Notes: generated by a model from the sequence alone, not told the origin. Positions 45,177 to 55,867 are shown, numbered from the stretch's first letter. The stretch is DNA of 64,000 nucleotides from an uncultured Phycisphaerales bacterium (GCA_964482235.1 CAYZWU010000010.1:74392-138391); one strand, 5' to 3'. Numbers and translations are program-made.

Positions 45177-47462
45177 TCAAGTGACGATCTCGAAGACCTT
45201 GTCCCCCAGGCAGACCACCACCCTGCTTCCGGCCGAGAGGTACCGGCCGAGGGCGGAGTGTTTGGAGAGGAGGTCGAAGTACTCGTCGCTGAGGAAGGTC
45301 ACCTTGGTGGTCGCCATCCCTTCCTTGAAGACGCTGTCGTACCAGACGTCGTGGACCAGAACGAAGGTCTTGCCCCCGATCTGCTTGAAGGTCTGCTTCA
45401 TCTTCATGGCGCGGTCGAAGGCAAGATAGGTTTCCCCCTGGTCGACCTTCTTCCTGCCCCGGCCTGTAAGAAATCCACTCGAGCCGCCCTTGAGCCGGTT
45501 TGCCTCCCGGCTCGCCTTGACGGAGGCCTCTCCCGTGACACTGACCAGGCCCTCGTCCGCCTCGTCGAGCGCTTCCTCCACGCTCTCCTCGTCCTTGTCC
45601 TTGGCCTCGGCGAGACGCCGCGCCGCCGGGGTGGCGGGACCGCCCGGCCTCCCGGATGCCGTGGGCCTGGCGCTGTCCTCGAGAACGAGCAGGGCCGTGT
45701 AAGGGGTGATGATGCCGAACTCCGTGGCCAGGGCGACGATCTCGTCCACCAGCTCTTTTGCCGGTCCCGAAGGCCTGTGGCCCGCCGAGACATTGACCCC
45801 CTTGAGCCTGAGCTGGTCGAGAAGGAAGCCGACCTTGGTCATGGCCCAGAGGCGCGGGATCGTCTCGTGCCCCTTCGACTCGGCCGGGAACGCCACCTCG
45901 TAGACCAGCTCGGTCGGCTTGCCCTGGACCGTACCGGTGAGGCGGATCGCAGCGTGTCCCGATCCGGTGTAGCGGCCGTAGATCACGAGCTGCGAGCCGC
46001 GGAAGAGGTCGGGCAGGCTGGGCGGGTAGATGTCATAGGTCTCGACGCCGTTGATCGCCACCTTCACGTCGGAGAGGACGGGGTAGGAGATCTTCTCCTG
46101 GAACGAAGCCACCTTGACCTCGACGCTCTCCTCGGGGGAGACGTACATCCTGTCGCCCCGGTTCTCCGCCGCCATCTTGTCGAGGAGGTGGGTGTTCACG
46201 TCGTACCCCACGCCGAAGACGAATAGGCGAGTGGAGGCGCCGGCGTTCTTCCGCACGTAAGCCACGAGATCGTCGGGCTTCTGGATCTCGCCGGCAGTGG
46301 GTTCGCCGTCGGTGAGAAAGACGATGATGAAGGGCCGGGCCGGATCGTCGCCCTGCATCGCGAGAGCCGTTCTCATGGCATCGTGGATGTTGGTCCCCCC
46401 GCCGGCTTCCATGGCGTCGACGAAGCTGATCGCCTCGGCGCGCGTGTCGCCGCTCACCGGCTGCAGCGTCTTGCGGAACTGCCGCGCCGCCGTTGCGAAG
46501 GAGACGATGTTGAACCGGTCGCCGGGATTGAGGCTGTTGACGCAGAACCTGAGCGCCGCCTTGGCCTGATCGATCTTCCACGGTCTGCGGGCCGGCTCCT
46601 TCATGCTGCCCGACGTGTCGATCACGAAGACCATGTCCTTGGGGATCACTTCCGATCTGTCGATCTCGTGCCGCGGCGCCACGAAGAGGGCGTAGTGGCC
46701 GTCCTGGGTCTTCTCCTTCGACGCAACCAGCGCGGCGCCGAAACGCTCGCCGGAGATGGAGTAGTAGAGGATGAAGTCCTTGTCGGGCTTCACGTTCCTC
46801 TCCTCGTAGCCGACCACCGCGTTGTGGTCGTCCTTGCGGACCACGTCGGTGTCATGCGTGGGGGAGAAGAGGCTCTTCAGCGGGACGGTGGTCCGCACCT
46901 TCACGTTGATGACCACGTCGTTGAGCGGCTTGGAGGAGAACTTCTCGGTGGAGAGGGGATAGCGGTAGGTGCAGAGCCCCGATTCGGCCGTGATCTTCTC
47001 CGAGTACTCGATTTTAATCCTCTTCTCCGACCTGGGCTCGATGGGGAAGATGCGCACCCGGAAAAGGCGGTTGCCCATGTACTCGAGGATGGCCGGGTCC
47101 TTCATCTTGCGCACGATGTCGGTGTAGATCTTGTTCGCCTGGTCGCGGGGGAGCATCTCGGCCTTCATCTCCACGCCGTTGATCCACATGCTCATTTGCG
47201 AGACCATGGCCTGGTCGGGCAGCGGAAAGATGTAGGTCCCCTCGAGCTGCATGTTGTTCGGATTGACGAATACCTGATCTACGGTGGTCGTTGCGATCTG
47301 GTCGTCGATCTTCACGTCGACGTGATGGTACTTAACGGCCAGCGGGATCGGCTTCACCCCGGGCCGTGGAGGGTGGACGACAATGAATCCGTCAGCCAGG
47401 ACAGGGCCGGACAGGCTGGCAAAACATACTACCAATAAAAGAGTTGTGATTGCGGCTCTCAT
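45177..47462 (-). CDS. secreted VIT + von Willebrand factor type A (VWA) domain protein
   Basis: Signal peptide, then a VIT domain, then a VWA domain with the MIDAS motif DTSGSM. Confidence 0.85.
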   Translation of the reverse strand: MRAAITTLLLVVCFASLSGPVLADGFIVVHPPRPGVKPIPLAVKYHHVDVKIDDQIATTTVDQVFVNPNNMQLEGTYIFPLPDQAMVSQMSMWINGVEMKAEMLPRDQANKIYTDIVRKMKDPAILEYMGNRLFRVRIFPIEPRSEKRIKIEYSEKITAESGLCTYRYPLSTEKFSSKPLNDVVINVKVRTTVPLKSLFSPTHDTDVVRKDDHNAVVGYEERNVKPDKDFILYYSISGERFGAALVASKEKTQDGHYALFVAPRHEIDRSEVIPKDMVFVIDTSGSMKEPARRPWKIDQAKAALRFCVNSLNPGDRFNIVSFATAARQFRKTLQPVSGDTRAEAISFVDAMEAGGGTNIHDAMRTALAMQGDDPARPFIIVFLTDGEPTAGEIQKPDDLVAYVRKNAGASTRLFVFGVGYDVNTHLLDKMAAENRGDRMYVSPEESVEVKVASFQEKISYPVLSDVKVAINGVETYDIYPPSLPDLFRGSQLVIYGRYTGSGHAAIRLTGTVQGKPTELVYEVAFPAESKGHETIPRLWAMTKVGFLLDQLRLKGVNVSAGHRPSGPAKELVDEIVALATEFGIITPYTALLVLEDSARPTASGRPGGPATPAARRLAEAKDKDEESVEEALDEADEGLVSVTGEASVKASREANRLKGGSSGFLTGRGRKKVDQGETYLAFDRAMKMKQTFKQIGGKTFVLVHDVWYDSVFKEGMATTKVTFLSDEYFDLLSKHSALGRYLSAGSRVVVCLGDKVFEIVT

Positions 47463-47603
47463 TTTCGGTCTCCTGGTTTCTTTCCAATCCCTTCAAGGGG
47501 CCATACCCTTGTCCACGGGCTGAATATCGTTCGACACCCAGTTAGACAAATCCGGTGCCGCAATGTTCTTTGCCAAAAAGAAATGAATGGCCTTGACTTG
47601 AAA

Positions 47604-47636
47604 TTAGACGTCTCTTTAATAGTTAGAGGTGTCTAA
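47604..47636. promoter_or_regulatory. imperfect palindrome TTAGACGTCTCT-N9-AGAGGTGTCTAA, which overlaps the -10 region downstream of a TTGACT -35 at 47593
   Basis: It lies about 60 nt upstream of a DtxR-type HTH gene and could be its operator. Confidence 0.4.
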
Positions 47637-47694
47637 TTAACAAATGAGCTTTCGCCCGGCCTGTTGAGGATCGGTCTTTTCATCCGAGGTAAAG

Positions 47695-48024
47695 ATGCCA
47701 GCACCAGAAGGACTCACCACGAACCAGAAGAAATGCCTGGAAGCGATTCTCCGTCTCATGAGAGAAAAGTATGCTGCAAGGAAAAGAGAAATTTCCTGGC
47801 AGCTGGGTATGAAGCGAGACGAGGTGGTCAAGGCCCTTCGGGATCTTTCATCGATGGGTCTCGTCCACTGCGCTCCTTATGATCTCATCACCCTTACACC
47901 CATCGGGAAGGTCATGGCAGCGGATATCGTGGCGCTTCAACCTGCCGAAGCCGCTTTCCGTAAAGGAGATGATCTCAATTCCTTCTCCTTGAGGGAGCTT
48001 TCTCCGATTGCGGGCAGGCGGTGA
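47695..48024 (+). CDS. DtxR-family HTH regulator, DNA-binding domain only (109 aa)
   Basis: QKKCLEAILRL..ISWQLGMKRDEVVKALRDLSSMGLV matches a DtxR/MntR winged helix. There is no metal-binding domain. Confidence 0.65.
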   Translation: MPAPEGLTTNQKKCLEAILRLMREKYAARKREISWQLGMKRDEVVKALRDLSSMGLVHCAPYDLITLTPIGKVMAADIVALQPAEAAFRKGDDLNSFSLRELSPIAGRR

Positions 48025-48210
48025 AACGCGACTTTATTCTTCCCAAATATCTTTATGTTAGGTATATTGATCAGTCTGACTAAGAGAATGGGTTGGAACG
48101 ATCATCTAGCAATACAGCATCGGCATTTGAGCAGTAGCGAATTTCCGCTGAGAGTGGATCTTTTTTCGACGACGCATTCCGTATCGAACTGACTGTGAAG
48201 GAGGGAAACA

Positions 48211-49671
48211 ATGAAACTGTTGAAGACTGCATTTCTCATCATGCTTCTGACGGCTGTTGCCGGCTCGTGGGCAACGGCTCAGGTCGATCCCCAGAAGGGG
48301 ACCGGCTCGCTGATCATGTCCGACACGGGGGATGACCTGATCTTCCGGCTCACCGACCTCGATCTCGACGGGGACTTCGACGATCCCGGCGAGATCATCC
48401 TCTTCTACGATGCCACCGATCCGATGGGCGGGAGCAGCAATCCGATCAAGGTCAAGACAGGCCCGGCCGGCTACATCTACGTGGCCAACACGAGCTTCGA
48501 TAACGTTGTCCGCCTCATGGATCTCAATGCCAACGGCGACGCTGCCGATCCCGGCGAATCGACGGTCTACATCGACAACACCAATGCGAGCGGCGTGGTC
48601 TTTTCCTCGATCCAGGGGATGGCATTCGACTCGAACGGCGACCTCTGGCTTTCCAACTCGGGCTCCAGCGATGTGCACGACTTCGTCGCCCGGGCCCGCG
48701 ACCTGACAGCCGACGGCGACTGCCAGGATGCCGGCGAGATCGAGGTGCTCTATGACTCGGTGGAAGCGGCGAACCAGGGTCTCTCGATCATCCTCAACGT
48801 TCCCATGCCCTGCGTGCTCGACGGCAACGGCTACCTCTACGTCTCCGACGTGGCCGCGGCTGCGGGCAACGACATCATCGTGAGGATGAAGGATCTCAAC
48901 GACGACGGCGACATGTACGATCTGGACGAGGTGACGATGTATTACGACGACTTGATCGGGAGCACCGATCTTAAGAACGTCGATACCATGGCATTCATGC
49001 ACGACGGCAAGCTCCTGCTGAACGAGTCCCTCAACGACATCATCTACATCACCGAGGACACGAACCAGAACGGCAACATCCACGACCTGGGCGAGATGAC
49101 GATCTACCGAGATGGAACGGGCGCCCGCCCCGACAGCTCCAAGGGAACGGTCGTGGCCGGACTTCTCAGCCTCCACTGGGATGTCTACCTGGCCGAGTAC
49201 GGCGATCCTGACGGCTGCCACGGACTGCGCGACCTGAACGATGACGGCGACTGCGACGATCTCGACGAGCTCATGCAGGTCTACGACGAGACGCTCGGCG
49301 CCCTCCCCGTGGGAACGCCCAAGGGGCTCACCTTCATGAGAGGTCCCTGGCTGAGAATGGAAGGCGATCCGCAGATCGGCGCCAACATCGATTTCTACAT
49401 GTCCGGAACGGCCAACGACATCTACCGGCTCGCCTGGAGCTTGAGCCATAACGGTGGATTGGTGATCCCGCCTTTCGGTATTTTCGACCTTGGCATGCCG
49501 TACCTGCCCTTCGCATCCGGGACGATACCGGCGAGCGGAGAGGCGCTCTACACGGCGACCATCCCGAACAACCCGAACATCATCGGCTGGACCTTCTACG
49601 TGCAGGGAATCGCGGGCAACGCCTACCTGAACCTGCTCAGCAACACCATCGATTTCCAGACTCACAGATAG
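48211..49671 (+). CDS. secreted NHL-like beta-propeller protein with repeated DxNxDGD calcium-binding-type loops
   Basis: Signal peptide, then six units pairing a GYIYV-type beta strand with a loop such as DLNANGDAADPGE or DLNDDGDMYDLDE. Confidence 0.7.
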   Translation: MKLLKTAFLIMLLTAVAGSWATAQVDPQKGTGSLIMSDTGDDLIFRLTDLDLDGDFDDPGEIILFYDATDPMGGSSNPIKVKTGPAGYIYVANTSFDNVVRLMDLNANGDAADPGESTVYIDNTNASGVVFSSIQGMAFDSNGDLWLSNSGSSDVHDFVARARDLTADGDCQDAGEIEVLYDSVEAANQGLSIILNVPMPCVLDGNGYLYVSDVAAAAGNDIIVRMKDLNDDGDMYDLDEVTMYYDDLIGSTDLKNVDTMAFMHDGKLLLNESLNDIIYITEDTNQNGNIHDLGEMTIYRDGTGARPDSSKGTVVAGLLSLHWDVYLAEYGDPDGCHGLRDLNDDGDCDDLDELMQVYDETLGALPVGTPKGLTFMRGPWLRMEGDPQIGANIDFYMSGTANDIYRLAWSLSHNGGLVIPPFGIFDLGMPYLPFASGTIPASGEALYTATIPNNPNIIGWTFYVQGIAGNAYLNLLSNTIDFQTHR

Positions 49672-49738
49672 CGCTTTGGCATGGATATGGAGAGGGGGGC
49701 GGCTGCCTCCCTCTCCCGTCCTCCCCGATTGACGAGAG

Positions 49739-51556
49739 ATGAAACAGGAGCGTTCCGTCATGTTCAGGAATGGACTGCTCGTTATTTCAATGGTCTGCTC
49801 GGCTGCTGCTCTTCTCCTGTTCTTCCCGGGCAGCGATGCCCGGGCCCAGAACGTACGCGACGGCGTCCGCGTCGACATCAACACGACCGATACGGTCGAG
49901 GGCTTTTCCGTGGCGAGCACGGGCGATCTGAGCGCCGTGGTTTACGATGATCCGACGTCGGGCGGAACGAAGATAGTGAGCATCACCCTGTCCGACGGCC
50001 GTGGAATCGACTGGTCGCTGCCCGTGCGGATCGACGAGGATCACACGACGAACCAGCGCAAGCTGGTGCAGTCCGATTCGGTTCAGATCATCGGCGACAC
50101 GATCTACGTGGCCTGGCAGGACGAGCGGTTCGGCAACAGCGGGGACGTCATCTTCGTCAACATCTCGCGCGACAGGGGAGCCACCTGGGAAGGCGAGACG
50201 CAGATCGACAAGGGATCCCCCGTCGGGAACAATCCGGTGCGCCTCTGGCGTTTCGTTGCCGTGCCCGGCAGCCCCGACGATTTCATCTACATTCTCATGG
50301 CCGTTGACGGGGGTGGTTACGAGGATCTCTATTTCGCGGCCTCGCACAACGGCGGCCGGAACTTCAGCACCGCTCGACCGGTATCAGCCGCAGGGACGGG
50401 GACCTTCGACGTCGATTCGATCGCCCTCGGCGCCGACGGCCTCACAGTTCACGCGGCCTGGCAGGACAGCAGGAACGGCATTGGCGACGACGTGTATTAC
50501 CAGCGAAGCGGCGACGGCGGCTCCACCTGGTTCGCCGCCGACCAGATTCTCGACGTCTCGGGGCCCGGAGCGGGCAATGCCGACGGGGAGATGGACCTGG
50601 TCGTTTTCGGCAGCTGGGTGGCTGTCGGATGGCTGGAAGACGACGGAGTCTACTTGACCGACGACGTCCACGTGAACATCTCGGGCGATACGGGCTACTT
50701 GTGGCTCGGAGATCGCCTTGTGAGCGACTTCACACCGGGCAACGCGACCGGGGAGTCCATCCGCCTGAGCTTCGGGGATGTTTCGCCCTATCCCACCGTC
50801 GTGGCAGCCTGGGCGGACGACCGGCTCGGATACTCCGAGGTCTTCGTTTCCTCCACCATCGACGCTGGGCAGAACTGGAGCTCCAACACGCAGCTCTCCT
50901 TCTTCGAGGGGGAAGCGCCGCGGATCTCGAAGCCGCACGACGGCGAGACAATGATCCTCACCTGGCTGACGGGAGACTATCCCGATCGTGTGCAGGCCGC
51001 CTTCTCGCTCGACCACGGAATTACGTGGGGGACCGGCTTCGACGTCTCCTCGTCGTACGACAAGGATGTCGACGCCGTGGGTGGCCGATTCAACAGCCTC
51101 TATGACAACGCGTTCTGCCTCTGGCTTGGAGGCGACTACCCGATCAATCATCTCTATGTGGGGGGGTACAGGCCCCAGACCCTCCTCCCGATCGGGACCT
51201 TCAGCGCCGGGAGCCAGGTCCGGTTCGAGGTCATGAACTGGACCCTCTCGGATCCGGTGTTCGGCGTTCTCATCTCCAGCGGCCCGGGGACGTACCGGCT
51301 TCCCTTTGGCGACAACCGCGAGACCGGATTGTACAACGGCCTCCTGCTCGGCGTCTCCATGGGGCAGATACCGGGGCTGCTGTCCGGGGCCGTTCAATCC
51401 GACAGGACCGGCGCCACGCCCAACTTCACCTTTCCGAACTCCCCGCTCCTCCCGCCCGGCACGATCCTGCACTGCGTGGGTGTGGGATTCGATTCCGGCA
51501 CACAGCCGCCGACACCGGGATGGCTCACCGATATCGTCGAAGTCGTGGTGAGGTAA
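49739..51556 (+). CDS. secreted protein with BNR/Asp-box repeats (sialidase-like beta-propeller)
   Basis: Four Asp-box motifs: SRDRGATW, SGDGGSTW, STIDAGQNW and SLDHGITW. Confidence 0.8.
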   Translation: MKQERSVMFRNGLLVISMVCSAAALLLFFPGSDARAQNVRDGVRVDINTTDTVEGFSVASTGDLSAVVYDDPTSGGTKIVSITLSDGRGIDWSLPVRIDEDHTTNQRKLVQSDSVQIIGDTIYVAWQDERFGNSGDVIFVNISRDRGATWEGETQIDKGSPVGNNPVRLWRFVAVPGSPDDFIYILMAVDGGGYEDLYFAASHNGGRNFSTARPVSAAGTGTFDVDSIALGADGLTVHAAWQDSRNGIGDDVYYQRSGDGGSTWFAADQILDVSGPGAGNADGEMDLVVFGSWVAVGWLEDDGVYLTDDVHVNISGDTGYLWLGDRLVSDFTPGNATGESIRLSFGDVSPYPTVVAAWADDRLGYSEVFVSSTIDAGQNWSSNTQLSFFEGEAPRISKPHDGETMILTWLTGDYPDRVQAAFSLDHGITWGTGFDVSSSYDKDVDAVGGRFNSLYDNAFCLWLGGDYPINHLYVGGYRPQTLLPIGTFSAGSQVRFEVMNWTLSDPVFGVLISSGPGTYRLPFGDNRETGLYNGLLLGVSMGQIPGLLSGAVQSDRTGATPNFTFPNSPLLPPGTILHCVGVGFDSGTQPPTPGWLTDIVEVVVR

Positions 51557-51776
51557 GCTGTTGGCCTGAATCGCGAAAAGGCATGCAGTGTCGAAAAGGG
51601 TGGGAAGATCTATCCATAAAAAATCCGAAAGAGAGAATGTGGGATAATTTCAACGATTCCTTGATCATGGTTCGCTGAAATAAGTTGAAGAGATACGTAG
51701 TGACCCATATAACGCTTTGAGATGATTGGAGCAGCGGCCGCCTCAGGTCAAGGAGAGCGTGATTCACCAGTCTGCG

Positions 51777-52373
51777 ATGCTATCGAGCCAGTCGATCAGG
51801 AAATGGATCTCCGGGATGAAGGCCGGGAGGAAGGAGGCCTTCGAGGAATTCATCGGCTATTACTGGGAATCCATTTTCCGCGTGGCATCGAGATTCGTTC
51901 CCACGGGCGACGATGCGGATGAGTGGACCGAGCTGGTCCTGCTTCATGCCGTGGAGCAGATCAAGCTGGGCAAGCTCCAGTTCGTCTCGGTCGGCTCGTT
52001 CAATTCCTGGGTCTTCCGCCTTGCGGGACGCAAGTGCATCGAGTTCTGGCGCCGGCGGAAACGGTCGCGCGAGATCGCCACGGAGAGCGACCGGCTGGCC
52101 GAGAATCCCGCACCGGCCGACGCGTCGCCATCGGGAGGTCTCGAGAAAACCGAGCTGAGCCGTATCGTGATGGAGGCTGTCCACAAGATCCCGAAAACCA
52201 ACCTGAAGGAGACACTGCTGCTGATGCTCCGGGAGGGGCTCACCGTCTCGGAGGTTGCTCTGAGGAAAGGGCGGCCGATCAACACGATCAGGACGTGGGA
52301 ACGGCGCGGCAAGCTGTATCTCAAGGAGATCCTCGAAAGAGAGTATCCGGAGATACTTGGAGATTTCGGTTAG
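51777..52373 (+). CDS. ECF sigma factor
   Basis: Regions 2 and 4 are present; TVSEVALRKGRPINTIRT is the region-4 HTH. The start is uncertain: the listed ORF begins at a TTG at 51726. Confidence 0.75.
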   Translation: MLSSQSIRKWISGMKAGRKEAFEEFIGYYWESIFRVASRFVPTGDDADEWTELVLLHAVEQIKLGKLQFVSVGSFNSWVFRLAGRKCIEFWRRRKRSREIATESDRLAENPAPADASPSGGLEKTELSRIVMEAVHKIPKTNLKETLLLMLREGLTVSEVALRKGRPINTIRTWERRGKLYLKEILEREYPEILGDFG

Positions 52374-52539
52374 CTGGCCGGCCGCTATCATGAGTGTCCG
52401 GCAGTCGACGCAATGGCTGAAAAAAAAAGGAAAAAATTGAACGGATCGGTCAGTCAGGATCATTCTACTTCTCGAAGTATGAGGCTCGAATATCTTGTTT
52501 CGAAGAGATCCTGAAGCCGGGGGGTTGTGAGGCTTTTCA

Positions 52540-53622
52540 ATGAAACGATGTGTTGAATCGAGCAAGGCCTGGATGGTTGCGGCCTTCGATGATCTGGAGC
52601 CCGGGGAGCGAGCCGAGATGAAGAAGCATCTCGATGTCTGCCCTTCCTGCAGGGCGCGGTTCGAGACCTTTCAGCACGTCGATCGCCTCTTCGACAGGAA
52701 GGGCGATGATTTCTCGGGAGATCATCCATCGTCCGACGAGCTGCTTCATGATCCCTTGCCCCTTGATGTGGCCACGCACCTGAAAGGCTGTGCCGAATGC
52801 ACCGAGCTTCACCGAATCCTGGTTGGACTCGAAGAGGAGGAGGAGCGATTTGGCCGGATGCCCGGGCCGGAAAAAGCCGATCGGGCGCGGGAGGGGGCGG
52901 AGCGGATCGGGGCCGTTTTCATCGATCCCGTGGAACGCCGAACCAAGAAGGGGATTCTGCAGCCTTTCTTTCGAAAACCTCTGGTGACCGGCCTGACCTT
53001 GGCTGCCGCCACCATTCTCGTCGTGATCGGCCTCCAGTTCTCCCCCGATCCGGAGGGTCTGTCGTTTTTTTCCGATGTCAGGATCGAGTTCACCGGGGAC
53101 GACGCGTCCCGATCCGCTCGGACCGATGACACGAAGCCCGATCCGGAATGGACGGCCGGGACGGCGAAGGTCGAGGCCGGCAAGGGCTTCCGGCTCCACT
53201 TCGCCACACTTGTCGATTCCTGGGTCTACTCGTTCCACCAGAACGACGATGGCGGCTTCGAGATCCTGGAAGATGCGGTGCATGCCGAGGCCGGACGCTG
53301 GATTCCCATTCCGAACTGGATCGAGGATTACGGCCTGGAGAGCCCGCCCGGGAAGAGGGAGGCGATCGTGCTCGTGGCTTTGTCGGAGCGGCTCGAGGGC
53401 GACGCTCTGAAGCAGGTGGCGCCTCTTCTCACCGAGCAGTGGACACGGAACCATGGCGACCGGTTTCTCGAGCACGATCTCCCGGAGGATGAGGCAAGAG
53501 CCGGCAGGCTGCTGGAGAAGGACCTGGCGGAAGCGATCGCCTCGAAGCTCCTCGAAGACGGATCGGGTTCCGTAGTCTCCGTCCACGTGCAGAAGCTCGT
53601 GACGATCGCCGCGAAGAAGTGA
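52540..53622 (+). CDS. zf-HC2 type anti-sigma factor with a periplasmic domain
   Basis: HLDVCPSCR and HLKGCAEC zinc-finger motifs, one TM helix, and a periplasmic C-terminal domain. Confidence 0.7.
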   Translation: MKRCVESSKAWMVAAFDDLEPGERAEMKKHLDVCPSCRARFETFQHVDRLFDRKGDDFSGDHPSSDELLHDPLPLDVATHLKGCAECTELHRILVGLEEEEERFGRMPGPEKADRAREGAERIGAVFIDPVERRTKKGILQPFFRKPLVTGLTLAAATILVVIGLQFSPDPEGLSFFSDVRIEFTGDDASRSARTDDTKPDPEWTAGTAKVEAGKGFRLHFATLVDSWVYSFHQNDDGGFEILEDAVHAEAGRWIPIPNWIEDYGLESPPGKREAIVLVALSERLEGDALKQVAPLLTEQWTRNHGDRFLEHDLPEDEARAGRLLEKDLAEAIASKLLEDGSGSVVSVHVQKLVTIAAKK

Positions 53623-53627
53623 TCCCC

Positions 53628-54509
53628 TCAGTCGAACACCGAGATCAGCTCTTCCTCCTTGATCTTCCCCCCGCTCACCCTCAGGTTGAAGTAGATCAAT
53701 CCGATGACGAGGGCTTCGAAGGCGCTGAGGATCAGAAGGGAGCCCCTGCTCAAGATCTCCCAGCAGGAGGAGAATTCCATCAAGGATTCCGAATCGATCA
53801 TTTTCGTGAAGAAATAACTGATCGCGATGTAATAGGTGAATTGAACGATCAGGAGAATCGCGCAGATCCGCCAGCGATTTCCTTTCGTGAGCTGAAAGCT
53901 TCGTTTGAAAGCCTGGATGACGCCGGCTTTTTCAGCCATGACGGCCGGGACAGATGCTGCAACGGGGGTATAGATCAGACACGATAAAAGGACATAGTAG
54001 GTATTGATTCCCAGCAGCTCGAAGATCCCGATGTCAATCACGATATCGTATCGGTCGTCGAGGAGGTTGATCCCCACTACGCTGAAGCCATTGACGATCG
54101 TGATACAGAAGATTACGCCCACAAGGGGGAGAAAGCGGGATATCGTCACTTTCAGGGCAAGATCGATCCGGGGATTCGCTCCCTTCAAGCAGCGGAAGAG
54201 GCAGTAGAGAACGGCACCCGTTGCAAGGGAATCGAGGAAGATGAAAAGAAGGCCGTGGGCGATGCGGTACCAGGCAACGATCTTGCCCATTCTTTCGAAA
54301 TCCGCAGTCGGTGAATCCATCGAATCCGACCTGAACTTATCGAAGCCCAGATCCAGCGCATAAAGAGGACTCAGGAAGATGATGTAGAGGAGAAGATAGA
54401 GCCAGAACTTCCTGCCGAACAGCGCGAGCGCCTTCCCGAGAGTGAGCCAGACGGGCAGGGATCGGCCGCTCCTCTTTCTTTTACGGGCAAACCTTCTGCG
54501 AATACTCAT
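53628..54509 (-). CDS. hypothetical integral membrane protein (about 7 TM helices)
   Basis: GC is lower, about 50%, and the gene is transcribed divergently from the ATPase gene. Confidence 0.6.
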   Translation of the reverse strand: MSIRRRFARKRKRSGRSLPVWLTLGKALALFGRKFWLYLLLYIIFLSPLYALDLGFDKFRSDSMDSPTADFERMGKIVAWYRIAHGLLFIFLDSLATGAVLYCLFRCLKGANPRIDLALKVTISRFLPLVGVIFCITIVNGFSVVGINLLDDRYDIVIDIGIFELLGINTYYVLLSCLIYTPVAASVPAVMAEKAGVIQAFKRSFQLTKGNRWRICAILLIVQFTYYIAISYFFTKMIDSESLMEFSSCWEILSRGSLLILSAFEALVIGLIYFNLRVSGGKIKEEELISVFD

Positions 54510-54642
54510 GGAGAAAGTCCAGCTGCGACAAGACGGCCTCCATCCTATCGCAGGGAAGGCAGGAGGTGTACTTTTTTTTCAGGGGTGAACCAAACTTCCT
54601 ATGTCGTTTGTCGAAGATGAGGATTGCGTCCGTTGCGGAAGT

Positions 54643-54692
54643 TATTATACTGTTTAGTATAATACTTATTAGTATAATACCGAATAGTATAA
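54643..54692 (+). promoter_or_regulatory. four 15-bp-phased direct repeats TAGTATAATAC (starts 54655, 54670, 54685; a degenerate copy at 54643) ending at the GGAGG RBS
   Basis: Seen directly in the sequence. Each repeat contains a TATAAT-like hexamer. Confidence 0.5.
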
Positions 54693-54700
54693 GGAGGCTC

Positions 54701-55816
54701 ATGGTGAATCCGTTCAGATACGGGCAGGTGGTTACTGCGAGGGACTTCTGTCCAAGACCGAAACTCATCAAGACAATCAAGGAGTTCATGGCGTCGGGGC
54801 AGAACACCGTGGTCTTCGGTGAAAGAAGGATCGGGAAGACGTCGCTCATTCACGAGGCAGCGCGGCGGCTCCGAAAAAAACGCCTTCTCCATGTCGATCT
54901 GCTAGAGATCAAGAATTCCGATGATTTCTGCAGCCGGCTGGTCAAGGCCATCCTCTCGCTGGAGCAGCAGGGCGGTTTTCTTGAAAAGGCACTGAAAACT
55001 ATGTCTCGATTGAAGCCATCGGTGAGCGTTGATCCGCTGACCGGTCAGCCGACGGTATCCCTGGATCCGGCTGTCAAGCTTCAGCCGGAATCCATCGAGG
55101 GAGTGCTGGATCTGATCCTCTCAGCGCAGAAGCGCAAACCTCTCGTTGTGGTTCTTGATGAATTCCAGGACATTCTCAACCTGAAGGAAAGCAAGGAAGT
55201 GCTCGCCCGGTTGAGGGGCAGGATCCAGTTCCATGCAAACATTCCGTATGTCTTTGCCGGAAGCATTCGCAGCAGGATGGATGAAATTTTCAATGATCCT
55301 GACAGTCCCTTTTTCAAGTCATCGATCCCTGTCCAAGTCGGTCCCCTTGACAGGAACCTGTTCGCAACGTTTCTGCGAGACAAATTCGCATCCGGAAAGC
55401 GGTCCATCGGCAGCGACACACTGGAGAGAGTGTTTGATGTTTCAGGAGATATTCCCGGCGACATCCAGCAGTTCTGCGAAGCGATCTGGGAGACGACCTC
55501 CTACAAGGAGAAGATCACCGGCAATATCATTCCAGAGTCCCTGAAGCTGATCTTTTCCCGTGAAAACAAGGGTTACGAAGCGACACTCGTGATGTTGACC
55601 GGTCAACAGCTGAACTGTCTCGTCGGTCTGGCCAAGGTAGGAGGAAAGTCCCCATTTTCAGCGCCCTTTCTGAAAGCTGCCGGAATTGCCCTTCCGGCAT
55701 CCGTGAAGAAAGCGTTGAACAGGATGGAGCAGCTAAAGATCGTTTTCAGGTACGAAGGGGAGTACAGGTTCGTGAATCCATTCTTCAAGGCTTGGTTGAT
55801 ATTCAAGAATTTCTGA
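54701..55816 (+). CDS. AAA ATPase of the PF01637 (archaeal-type ATPase) family with C-terminal winged-helix tail
   Basis: Walker A GERRIGKTSL and Walker B LVVVLDEFQD. The C-terminal region ...YRFVNPFFKAWL resembles a DUF234-type winged helix. GC is about 50%. Confidence 0.8.
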   Translation: MVNPFRYGQVVTARDFCPRPKLIKTIKEFMASGQNTVVFGERRIGKTSLIHEAARRLRKKRLLHVDLLEIKNSDDFCSRLVKAILSLEQQGGFLEKALKTMSRLKPSVSVDPLTGQPTVSLDPAVKLQPESIEGVLDLILSAQKRKPLVVVLDEFQDILNLKESKEVLARLRGRIQFHANIPYVFAGSIRSRMDEIFNDPDSPFFKSSIPVQVGPLDRNLFATFLRDKFASGKRSIGSDTLERVFDVSGDIPGDIQQFCEAIWETTSYKEKITGNIIPESLKLIFSRENKGYEATLVMLTGQQLNCLVGLAKVGGKSPFSAPFLKAAGIALPASVKKALNRMEQLKIVFRYEGEYRFVNPFFKAWLIFKNF

Positions 55817-55867
55817 TTCCTTCTTTCCGGAAGCCTTGCCTGCCGATACCGGATACCGTACCGTACC

